DNA of 64,000 nucleotides from Bradymonadia bacterium (lineage in GTDB: Bacteria > Myxococcota_A > Bradymonadia > UBA7976 > UBA1532): the NCBI GenBank assembly GCA_046290225.1, contig JBKAGE010000070.1, positions 64,001 to 128,000 of the forward strand, read 5' to 3'. The notes under the pieces were generated by a model that searched no databases, was not told where the DNA came from, and saw only the letters and a program-made list of their open reading frames with translations. The translations under genes and the position numbers were made by a program. Below are positions 26,910 through 35,113 of the stretch, piece after piece; the stretch's first letter is position 1; each line of letters starts with the position of its first letter.

Positions 26910-28469
26910 ATGTCAGTGAGTGAAGATCCCCGACTCAAGGCGGCCCACAGCGAGGGCCTGCAGACGCCGAAGGCCCCTCAAGGCACGGCACAGGCCCCTC
27001 AGACCAAGGCGCGCCCCGAGGCCCGGGCCATGCACCGCCTGATCCGGCTGTTCGATCCCGGCACCTTCGAGGAGATCGGATCACAGGTGACCCACCGGTG
27101 CACCGATTACGGCCTCGAGAAGAAGCAGCACCCCGGCGATGGCGTGATCACCGGCTTCGGTGAGATCGACGGCCGCACGGTCTGCGCCTACGCCCAAGAT
27201 CGCACCGTGCTCGGTGGCTCTCTCGGCGAAGCCCACGCCCAGAAGATCACCGCCCTGCAGGACATGGCCCTGCGCATCGGCGCCCCTCTGGTGGCCCTGA
27301 ACGATTCTGGCGGCGCCCGTATCCAAGAGGGCGTGAACAGCCTCGGAGGCTACGGCGAGATCTTCCGCCGCCACGTGGCGGCCTCGGGCGTGATCCCACA
27401 GATCGCCCTGGTCCTGGGCCCCTGCGCCGGCGGCGCGGTGTATGCCCCGGCCCTGATGGACTTCGTGGGCATGGTGGATCACGGCGCCTACATGTTCCTC
27501 ACCGGCCCTCGGGTGGTGAAGACGGTGACCTTCGAAGACGTGACCCCCGAGGCCCTCGGCGGTGGCGAGGTCCACGCCACCCAGACCGGCGTGTCGCACT
27601 TTCTGTTCCCCGACGAAGAGGCAGCCATCGATCACGTACGGCAGCTGCTGAGCTACCTGCCGGGCCGTCAGGGCGATCCGTTGCCTGATCACGAGCCCAC
27701 TGATCCAGTGAACCGTATCAGCGCTGATCTCGAGTCACTCGTGCCCGCAGATCCGCGTCAGCCGTACGACGTGCGCCTGGTCATCGACGAGATCCTCGAC
27801 CGCGACAGCTTCCTCGAGGTGCACCCCCTCTGGGCCCAGAACGTGGTGGTGGGCTTCGCCCGCCTCGGCGGCAAGGTGGTGGGGGTCATCGCCAACCAGC
27901 CCCTGCACCTCGCCGGCGTGCTCGACATCGACTCCAGCCGCAAGGCCGCCCGCTTCATTCGCACCTGCAACGCCTTCGGGGTACCCCTGGTGAGCCTCGT
28001 GGACGTACCCGGGTTCCTGCCCGGCGTAGATCAGGAGCACGGCGCGGTCATCGATCACGGCGCCAAGCTGCTCTACGCATACTGCGAGGCCACGGTGCCC
28101 AAGCTGAGTGTGGTGCTGCGCAAGGCCTACGGCGGCGCATACATCGTCATGAGTTCGAAGCACGTAGGCGGTGACGCCAACCTGTCCTGGCCTCAGGCGG
28201 AGCTGGCGGTGATGGGCGCCCCCGGCGCGGTGCAGATCCTGAACCGCAGGGAGCTCGCCGCTCACCCTGAGCCTGCCACCCGTCAGAAGGAGCTGGAGGA
28301 GGAGTACAAGGATATGTACTTGTCACCGGCTCGGGCAGCCTCTCGTGGCTACCTCGACGAGATCATCGACCCGGCTCAGACACGGCGGAAGCTGTACCGC
28401 TATCTGAAGGCGCTGGGCTCGAAGCAAGAGTCTCTGCCTGCGAAGCGCAACGGGAACGCACCTCTCTGA
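26910..28469 (+). CDS. Acyl-CoA carboxylase carboxyltransferase subunit (PccB/AccD family)
   Basis: GDGVITGFG, DSGGARIQEG, GPCAGGAVY, DVPGFLPG, RKAYGGAY, KRNGNAPL; GAGGAG RBS before ATG 26910. Confidence 0.95.
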   Translation: MSVSEDPRLKAAHSEGLQTPKAPQGTAQAPQTKARPEARAMHRLIRLFDPGTFEEIGSQVTHRCTDYGLEKKQHPGDGVITGFGEIDGRTVCAYAQDRTVLGGSLGEAHAQKITALQDMALRIGAPLVALNDSGGARIQEGVNSLGGYGEIFRRHVAASGVIPQIALVLGPCAGGAVYAPALMDFVGMVDHGAYMFLTGPRVVKTVTFEDVTPEALGGGEVHATQTGVSHFLFPDEEAAIDHVRQLLSYLPGRQGDPLPDHEPTDPVNRISADLESLVPADPRQPYDVRLVIDEILDRDSFLEVHPLWAQNVVVGFARLGGKVVGVIANQPLHLAGVLDIDSSRKAARFIRTCNAFGVPLVSLVDVPGFLPGVDQEHGAVIDHGAKLLYAYCEATVPKLSVVLRKAYGGAYIVMSSKHVGGDANLSWPQAELAVMGAPGAVQILNRRELAAHPEPATRQKELEEEYKDMYLSPARAASRGYLDEIIDPAQTRRKLYRYLKALGSKQESLPAKRNGNAPL

Positions 28470-28597
28470 GGGCACTCAGCCTCTCTTACAAGACCTCTCC
28501 CAAGTCTTGCTCTTCATGTCTCTCCACGGCCTCGTTGGTGCATCCTCCCTGATGCGTCTACGCTCCATTCAGTGAGCGACTACAGGGTGTCTTCAAC

Positions 28598-28897
28598 ATG
28601 AACTGGTTCAGCGCCAAACTCCTGTTTGCTGCCTTCATCGATGGTCGTCTCAACTCTGACGCTCTAGTGGAAGAGAGCATCATCATCTTCAGGGCGACAA
28701 CCGCAGCAGCAGCATCTATTCAAGCTGATGAATTGGGTCAAAAGGCAACGCACTCATACAAAAATGAGGTCAATGAAGAAGTTGAATGGAGATACATTAG
28801 ATTGCTGGAGATACAAGACCTCGGTGAAACAACACTTGATGATGGCGTAGAGGTGTTTTCCACTATGCGCAGGCGATCCCCTGAGGACGAGTTGTAG
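28598..28897 (+). CDS. DUF4288-like small protein (low-GC)
   Basis: WFSAKLLF...EESIIIFRA...YKNEVNEEVEW...DGVEVFS pattern; AT-rich codons. Confidence 0.7.
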   Translation: MNWFSAKLLFAAFIDGRLNSDALVEESIIIFRATTAAAASIQADELGQKATHSYKNEVNEEVEWRYIRLLEIQDLGETTLDDGVEVFSTMRRRSPEDEL

Positions 28898-28927
28898 TGA
28901 GCATGTAGAAGATGTCTCTACACTGAC

Positions 28928-29206
28928 ATGACGCTGGCGCGTTTTTCTCGAACCGCCAAGGAGGTCTTCTCTCAAATGCTGAGCGACGTAAAAATCACCG
29001 AGCCTTTCTCCGACGAGTACAAGGCCATCGTTCAAGACGCCCGAGTCGACAATTCTCGACAGACGCTCAAGAAACAGATGCGCCTCAAGTTTCAGGGCCT
29101 CTCCGCAGACCACGAGGCCATCATCGACGCCGCCGACGCTGCTGCGCTCGACAAAGCTCTTGAGCTCATTCTCTCAGCCGACACACCCGACGAAGTCTTG
29201 AGCTGA
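28928..29206 (+). pseudogene. Probable remnant resembling the C-terminal tail of Rpn/PD-(D/E)XK (DUF4351-like) proteins
   Basis: LKKQMRLKFQGLS...IDAADAAALDKALELILSADTPDEVL tail with no catalytic N-terminal domain. Confidence 0.4.
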
Positions 29207-29308
29207 GAGCAAGCGCAGCCGGCTCTCAGGCTGATGCTCTGGGGCCAAGACGCCCATCACTGATGTCGGGCTGGTAGGTGCCTGCCCGATTTCTGTATCC
29301 TGCCGGCC

Positions 29309-30997
29309 ATGCAATCCCCCCGCCCTCTCGTGTGTCTGCTCGCCCTCGGTCTCGGTGCCTGCGCTGGTGACGACGCGCGAGATCGGGTGCCCTCCGAGCG
29401 CCCCCAGGATCAGCCCCTCTCACCACCAGACGCGGCCCTCCCCCCAGGGCCGGCGCCGAGGTTGTTGATCACCCCCGAGTCCAAGGATTGGGGTGAGATC
29501 GCCACGGGGGTCTCGTGGTGGCACGTCTTCAACATCGGTAACCTCGGCGACGAGCCCCTCGACTTCAGCAGCGCCACCCTCGTGGGCCTCGACGACTTCA
29601 CCATCCAGATCGACGGCGTCGAGCTGCTCGACGCCCCCGAGCTGCTCCTGGATCCCGATCAGGACGGCACGCCCGGGCTCTCGCCGGGGACCAGCTTCGA
29701 AGTCCGGCTGTACTTCGAGCCCCAGCGCTCCGGGCTCTACGAGGGATTTCTGCGCCTCGTGAGCAACGATCTGCGACAGCCCATTCTCGATGTGCCCGTC
29801 TCTGGCGTCGGCGTCGCGTCGCCCCCGTGTGCCCTCGTGGACCCAAGCGTGGCCGATTTCCCCGACACCGTCTCCGGCCTCGACAACACCATCGAAGTGG
29901 TGGTGCGAAATTGCGACGAGGGGCCGCTCGAGATCACCGACCTGGTCATTGAAGGCGACGCGTACGGCCTCGGCGTCGTGGGGCGTCTGCCCATCCGTAT
30001 CCCGGCGCCTGCAGACTCGTCTGATCAACCAGGGGCAGTGATCCCTGTACGCTTCAGGCCTCAAGAAGAAGGCCGCGCCCAGGGCACGCTGCGCGTCGTC
30101 ACCGACAACCCGGATTTCCCAGAGCGTCTGGTCCCTCTGCAGGGTACAGGCACCGAAAACCTGTGCCCCACCGCTGCGGTGGCCCAGAGCCGCCTGCGTC
30201 GGCCTGTGGGATCCACCGTGGAGCTCGACTCCAGCCCTTCGAGTGATCCCGAGGAGGGCCGCCTTGATTACATCTGGACCATCATCGAGCGCCCTGAGGG
30301 CTCTCGGGCTCAGGTACGAGAGTCCTTCCGAGCGGGTCAGGGCTTCATCGCCGACCGGGAGGAGACCGCCAACGCGGTGCTGATCCCCGATGTGGTGGGC
30401 CGGTACACCCTCAGCCTCGACGTCGTCGATCCTACGGGAAACCGCGCCGCGGACTGTGACGGCCCGGCGCTGCTGGAGGTTGAGGCTCAGCCCGTGGCCG
30501 ATGGCCTCACTGCGGTGCTCACCTGGTCTTCCGAGGCCGACGCTGATCCCACAGACAGCGAGGGACCCGATCTCGATCTGCACATGAGGCGTCCTGGTGG
30601 CCTGCTCTGGTTTGACACCGAGACCGACTGCTACCCCGGCGCTCTCAGCCCCGACTGGGGGGTGCCGGGTCGCCTCGAAGACAACCCCGCACTGGTGGTG
30701 GGCAACCACAATGACGGCGGGCCGGAGATCATCCGCCTCGAGGTGCCAGAGAGTACCGGGGGCGCCGCCTTCAGGGTGGCTGCCCACTACTTCAGGGCTC
30801 AATCGGGTGGCGTCGATTACGGGCCTGCCATGGCCCGGCTACAGCTCTACACCGCTCAGGGCCTGATCTGGGACTCTGATCCTCTGGGCGTCAGCCGACC
30901 GCTGCTCGATCTCAACCACTTCTGGGAGATCGTCGACATCAGCTGGCCCAACGCCTCAGTGCAAATCGTCGATCGCTACTTCGACCAGCGTCCATAG
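29309..30997 (+). CDS. Secreted lipoprotein with ASH/choice-of-anchor-D Ig-like, PKD-like and C-terminal DLDLH domains
   Basis: Lipobox LGAC; NIGNLGDEPL, LVSND, VELDSSPSSDPE..YIW, PDLDLHM motifs. Confidence 0.8.
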   Translation: MQSPRPLVCLLALGLGACAGDDARDRVPSERPQDQPLSPPDAALPPGPAPRLLITPESKDWGEIATGVSWWHVFNIGNLGDEPLDFSSATLVGLDDFTIQIDGVELLDAPELLLDPDQDGTPGLSPGTSFEVRLYFEPQRSGLYEGFLRLVSNDLRQPILDVPVSGVGVASPPCALVDPSVADFPDTVSGLDNTIEVVVRNCDEGPLEITDLVIEGDAYGLGVVGRLPIRIPAPADSSDQPGAVIPVRFRPQEEGRAQGTLRVVTDNPDFPERLVPLQGTGTENLCPTAAVAQSRLRRPVGSTVELDSSPSSDPEEGRLDYIWTIIERPEGSRAQVRESFRAGQGFIADREETANAVLIPDVVGRYTLSLDVVDPTGNRAADCDGPALLEVEAQPVADGLTAVLTWSSEADADPTDSEGPDLDLHMRRPGGLLWFDTETDCYPGALSPDWGVPGRLEDNPALVVGNHNDGGPEIIRLEVPESTGGAAFRVAAHYFRAQSGGVDYGPAMARLQLYTAQGLIWDSDPLGVSRPLLDLNHFWEIVDISWPNASVQIVDRYFDQRP

Positions 30998-31033
30998 GCA
31001 GGGGGGCACGTGGGTATATTCCACCGAAACAAG

Positions 31034-32701
31034 ATGGTCTCCACACCTGTCATCACAGCGCTGTGTGCCACAGCTTTCACAGGCTGCCTCGACTCAGGTG
31101 GCAGCAACAGCACCAGCCTGCCCCCCTGGGAAGGGGGCGGCGGGGTGCCGCTGCCGGCCATCTCGGTGAGCGTGGGGCGCCTCGACTTCGGCGGGGTGCA
31201 GGCGGGGCAGAGCCGCAGCCGCACCTTCAGCATCACCAACCCGGGGATCGATCCGCTCGTCATCGACGATCTCACCTTCGACGGTGTCTCCGACTTCGAC
31301 CTCACCATCAACGGCGTGCGCCTGCAGGATGAGCCAGAGCGCCTCGGTGATCTCGACGGTGATGGGATCCCTGGCCTCGCCTCCGGTGAGCAGGTGGAGC
31401 TTCGGCTCACCTTCACCGCCGGCGAGCTGGGGCAACAGCTGGGGCTGATGGTCATCGACAGCAACGCGCGGCTGACCCCTCGGGTGGAGATCGACCTCGT
31501 GGCCCGGGCGATCCCGCCGACCTGCCTCACTGTGACTCCGCCGGCTCTGGACTTCGGCACAGTGCCCGTGCAACAGGCGGTAGAGCAGGAGATCGTCCTC
31601 GACACCTGCACTTCGGGGCTGGTGCAGGTGGAGAGCACCCGCCTTGATCCCGGCAGCTCGGAGGCCTTCGAGATCATCCCCCTCGCCACCCCGGCCCGGG
31701 TGAAGCCGGAGCGCCGCTTTTCGGTGCGCTTCCAGCCCCAGGCCATCGGCCCAGTGAACGGCACCGCCGTGGTCGTCAGCGACGATCCCAACACGCCCAC
31801 CTGGAACATCCCCATCACGGGCTCAGGTGAAGGCAACCAGTGTCCTGTGGCCAGTGTCCCCGCCTTCGAACAGGTGGTCCTCGCCGAAGAGCCCTTGTTC
31901 CTCGACGGCAGCCTGGCCTTCGACCCTGACGGGGTGGATGGCCTGCCTCAACGCTGGCGCTGGCGCATGCTCACGGCCTCACGTGACGCCGACGCCATCA
32001 TCTCGGAAGATCCCGAAGGCCTCGAGCCTGACGATCTGAGCACCCCAGGGGCCTGGGCAGTGTTCCCCGAGGCGGCCCGCTATCGCATGGTGCTCGAGGT
32101 TTTCGACGAGGAGAGCGGGCCTCCAGTGGACTTCTTCAACGGCCCTGACGATCCCTTGGGCACCTGGGTTGTGTGTGACTCTGCTCAGGCCAATCTCATC
32201 GTGCTCGCGCAGCCCAACCCACTCCCCGGCCTCGGGGTCGAGGTGACCTGGGCCACTCCAGGCCTGCCGGACATCCGCCGCCCCAACGGGACGGTGGTCG
32301 ACTTGCACCTCAGGCGCCCAGGGGCCACAGAGTGGTTCCAGGGATCAGGCACCTGTCGGCCGGACAGCTGTGAGCATGACTGGGGGGCGCCGGGCTTCGA
32401 GTTGGATGATCCGACGATCAGGCAGGGGATGCAGACGGCGTTTCAATACATCGAGATCATCGAGCCCGAGACCACGCCCTTCGGGCAATCCTTCGACGTC
32501 GGGCTACGCTACCGCCGTCGCTTCGACGACGATGGCTACGACTTCGGGCCGACGTACGCGGCGATCACTGTCTCGTTCAGAGGGTTCCCGGTCTGGTCTT
32601 CTCTCGACACCTTCGGGCCCATCGAGCTGGTGGACGAAGGCGACTTCGTACCGCTGATCGAGATCACGTGGCCCTCGCAGCTGATCCGGCCCTTCGAGTA
32701 G
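31034..32701 (+). CDS. Paralogous secreted lipoprotein with ASH/Ig-like domains
   Basis: Lipobox FTGC; colinear with upstream gene (LDFG, TNPG, VVSDD, LDGSLAFDPDG, VDLHLRRPG, DWG.PG). Confidence 0.8.
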   Translation: MVSTPVITALCATAFTGCLDSGGSNSTSLPPWEGGGGVPLPAISVSVGRLDFGGVQAGQSRSRTFSITNPGIDPLVIDDLTFDGVSDFDLTINGVRLQDEPERLGDLDGDGIPGLASGEQVELRLTFTAGELGQQLGLMVIDSNARLTPRVEIDLVARAIPPTCLTVTPPALDFGTVPVQQAVEQEIVLDTCTSGLVQVESTRLDPGSSEAFEIIPLATPARVKPERRFSVRFQPQAIGPVNGTAVVVSDDPNTPTWNIPITGSGEGNQCPVASVPAFEQVVLAEEPLFLDGSLAFDPDGVDGLPQRWRWRMLTASRDADAIISEDPEGLEPDDLSTPGAWAVFPEAARYRMVLEVFDEESGPPVDFFNGPDDPLGTWVVCDSAQANLIVLAQPNPLPGLGVEVTWATPGLPDIRRPNGTVVDLHLRRPGATEWFQGSGTCRPDSCEHDWGAPGFELDDPTIRQGMQTAFQYIEIIEPETTPFGQSFDVGLRYRRRFDDDGYDFGPTYAAITVSFRGFPVWSSLDTFGPIELVDEGDFVPLIEITWPSQLIRPFE

Positions 32702-32720
32702 TCGAGCGGCGCTTCGCTTT

Positions 32721-32757
32721 GAGCGGACGGCCGTGCCTTCGGCACCGCCGTCCGCTC
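32721..32757. terminator. REP-like hairpin between convergent genes (possible bidirectional terminator)
   Basis: gagcggacggccgtgcc-ttc-ggcaccgccgtccgctc, 17-bp stem with one mismatch; arm matches 8457-8472. Confidence 0.7.
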
Positions 32758-32766
32758 CAACCAACG

Positions 32767-34110
32767 TCACTCGCAGGCGCCCGCCACAGCAGCGTCCACA
32801 CCAGCGGCGTGCGCGAAGCACTCATTGTCGTACGTGATCCCGTTGCACCCGCAAACAGGGGAGAAGATCTCACCGCAGGCCTCAGGGCGGGGCTGACAGG
32901 TACCCGTAGCGTCGGCGAAGTCGCAGAAGTCGCCGGCGAAGTCGCAGAACTCATTGTCCTCACAGGTGTTGCCGAGACGGGCACCGCAGGCGCGGCCCGG
33001 GGGCGGAGGGGGGGGCAGGTCGAAATCGCAGCGCTGCTGGCAAGCCTCCAGGCTGTCGAAACGGTTCTCGTTGCCCATGCAGCCGCCGTAGAGGAACTCT
33101 TCGCAGTTGTTCGTCTCTGCGTTGTAGAACCAGGCCTGAATCGCCGCCTCGCAAGGGCCCGAGTCCGCCGGGAGCTGGCAAATGTCTACGGGGGGGCACT
33201 GGCGGATGACCCAGCCACAGGCGCCGGTCTCAGTGTAGTCACACACCGGGCCGCCGATGCTGCCGTCCGGGCACTCGAAGTTCGGGGCGCCGGGGGCGGG
33301 ACCGCACATCTCCGGCGTGCACTCTTCGGGCTGCTCGCACTCCCCCTCGAACTGCACGTCCATGCCGCTGGCGTGTGCGTCACACTCGTTGCCGTAGGTG
33401 TTGCCGTCGCAGCCACAAACCGGGGCGTAGATGTCGGGGCATGCCTCGGGGCGAGGCTGGCACGTACCACCGCCATCGGCGAAGCCACAGCCACCGTCGA
33501 TGTAATCGCAGTAGGCATCAACGCCACACATCAGGCCGCCGAATCCACCACACTCCACCGGGGGCTCTTCACACTGGCCGATGGTCCAGCCACATGCGCC
33601 GTCGGCTTGGGGCTCACAGGCGATGTCGGGGCCCTCGCCATCAGGGCAGGGCGCCACAGGAGGGAGCTCGCCACACTCTTCTGGCGAGCACACAATGGGC
33701 TCACAGCCGCCGCCCTGCCACTCGCAGGTGCCCACGGGCGTCGCGTCACAGACAAAGGGCATCGGCATCGTGTCGGGGGGGCATTGCGCCTGGTCGGGCA
33801 TCGGGCCACAGTCTTCGTCGCTGCACATGCCGCCCGCGCCGCCAGCACCACCGGGCTCACCGCCCATGCCTGCGGCACCACCAGCGCCGCCACCGCCCAT
33901 GCCTGCCTCACCGCCAGCGCCACCGATGTTGCCGCCCATACCGGCCTCACCGCCAGCACCGCCACCGCCCATACCGGCTTCGCCACCGGCGCCACCGCCG
34001 CCCATGCCCGCTTCACCACCGGCACCACCGGTACCGGTGTCAGTGTCTTCTTGATCACAGGCCGCCAGGGCCAGGGCACACCCCAAAACCATCCACAGAT
34101 GCTTGCTCAT
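32767..34110 (-). CDS. Lipoprotein with two Kazal-type and one Kunitz/BPTI protease-inhibitor domains
   Basis: Lipobox LAAC; Kazal CPDIYAPVCGCDGNTYGNEC and CGEIFSPVCGCNGITYDNEC; Kunitz CQLPADSGPCEA...FYNAETNNCEEFLYGGCMGNENRF...C...C. Confidence 0.92.
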   Translation of the reverse strand: MSKHLWMVLGCALALAACDQEDTDTGTGGAGGEAGMGGGGAGGEAGMGGGGAGGEAGMGGNIGGAGGEAGMGGGGAGGAAGMGGEPGGAGGAGGMCSDEDCGPMPDQAQCPPDTMPMPFVCDATPVGTCEWQGGGCEPIVCSPEECGELPPVAPCPDGEGPDIACEPQADGACGWTIGQCEEPPVECGGFGGLMCGVDAYCDYIDGGCGFADGGGTCQPRPEACPDIYAPVCGCDGNTYGNECDAHASGMDVQFEGECEQPEECTPEMCGPAPGAPNFECPDGSIGGPVCDYTETGACGWVIRQCPPVDICQLPADSGPCEAAIQAWFYNAETNNCEEFLYGGCMGNENRFDSLEACQQRCDFDLPPPPPPGRACGARLGNTCEDNEFCDFAGDFCDFADATGTCQPRPEACGEIFSPVCGCNGITYDNECFAHAAGVDAAVAGACE

Positions 34111-34288
34111 CGCGTCTCTCCCGCGCTCAGTTCATCGTCGGCGATGCTCCTGTGCACCATCGATGCCAATGCAGTCAATCACCGTGACCCCTGAATTCTT
34201 GGGTGAGATGGCCTCTTCGACACGTGAAAATCTGAGCCTGTGATGTGGGGATCCGTTGAAAACCCGAGGCTCGGTGTACATTGCCCCC

Positions 34289-35113
34289 ATGCGACACGTG
34301 GCCCTCCTCTGTCTGATCTGCACCCTGACCTCGTGGCACCCCGCCAGGGCCGAGGTCGAGGTGATGCCGCGGCTGACCACCTTCGCCGAAGCGGCCCACA
34401 CGGTGGCGCTCTCGGACGACATCAGGGGGGTGGTGGCCACGGGCATCGACGCTCAAGTGCTGCGGGGCCCGCGGTGGAGCCTGGAGATCTTCACCACATT
34501 CCGCAGCTACGTGCGCTACAACCGCGAAGGTGAAGGGGTCGTGCGTATCTCACCTCGGCAGATTCACTTCCCTGTAGGCGCCCGGGTACGCTTCCCCATC
34601 GACGCCGAGACCCTCGCCGCGTCGAAATATAGCTGGGGCCTTCAAGCGTTCCACCAGTCCAACCACGACATCGACGAGAACGATCCGGTGCTCAATCGAG
34701 AGACCATCTCCTACGAGGTCTATGGCGTGACCTGGTGGAGCCCCCATCTCAAGGCCCTCGCCGGGGTCTACTACGACCGGGGCACCACCCGGGCCGGCAA
34801 GCATCAGACCTTGCCCTTCGACTACTACCTCGCCGGGGCTCAACTCGATGGCTGGTACCCTCTCAGCGCTCGTATCTACGGGCGCATGGCCTTCGAGGGC
34901 ATCGTGCACACCAACGGCGAGCGCGCGCCGGGGCACCTCAACGTCAACATCACCACCGATCTGGGCCTGCGCTGGCCCGGCGCATCGGGTGAGATCAGGA
35001 CCTTCCTCAGAGGGCAGCGCCTGGAGGACTATCGGTTCCTCGGCGACACGAGCCAGCACATGCTGATGGTGGGGTTGACCTTGCAAGGGCTCGATTTGGG
35101 TACGCCACAGTGA
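34289..35113 (+). CDS. Hypothetical exported protein, probable outer-membrane beta-barrel
   Basis: Signal peptide (ARA|E), alternating aromatic/hydrophobic strands, FHQSNHD motif. Confidence 0.65.
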   Translation: MRHVALLCLICTLTSWHPARAEVEVMPRLTTFAEAAHTVALSDDIRGVVATGIDAQVLRGPRWSLEIFTTFRSYVRYNREGEGVVRISPRQIHFPVGARVRFPIDAETLAASKYSWGLQAFHQSNHDIDENDPVLNRETISYEVYGVTWWSPHLKALAGVYYDRGTTRAGKHQTLPFDYYLAGAQLDGWYPLSARIYGRMAFEGIVHTNGERAPGHLNVNITTDLGLRWPGASGEIRTFLRGQRLEDYRFLGDTSQHMLMVGLTLQGLDLGTPQ

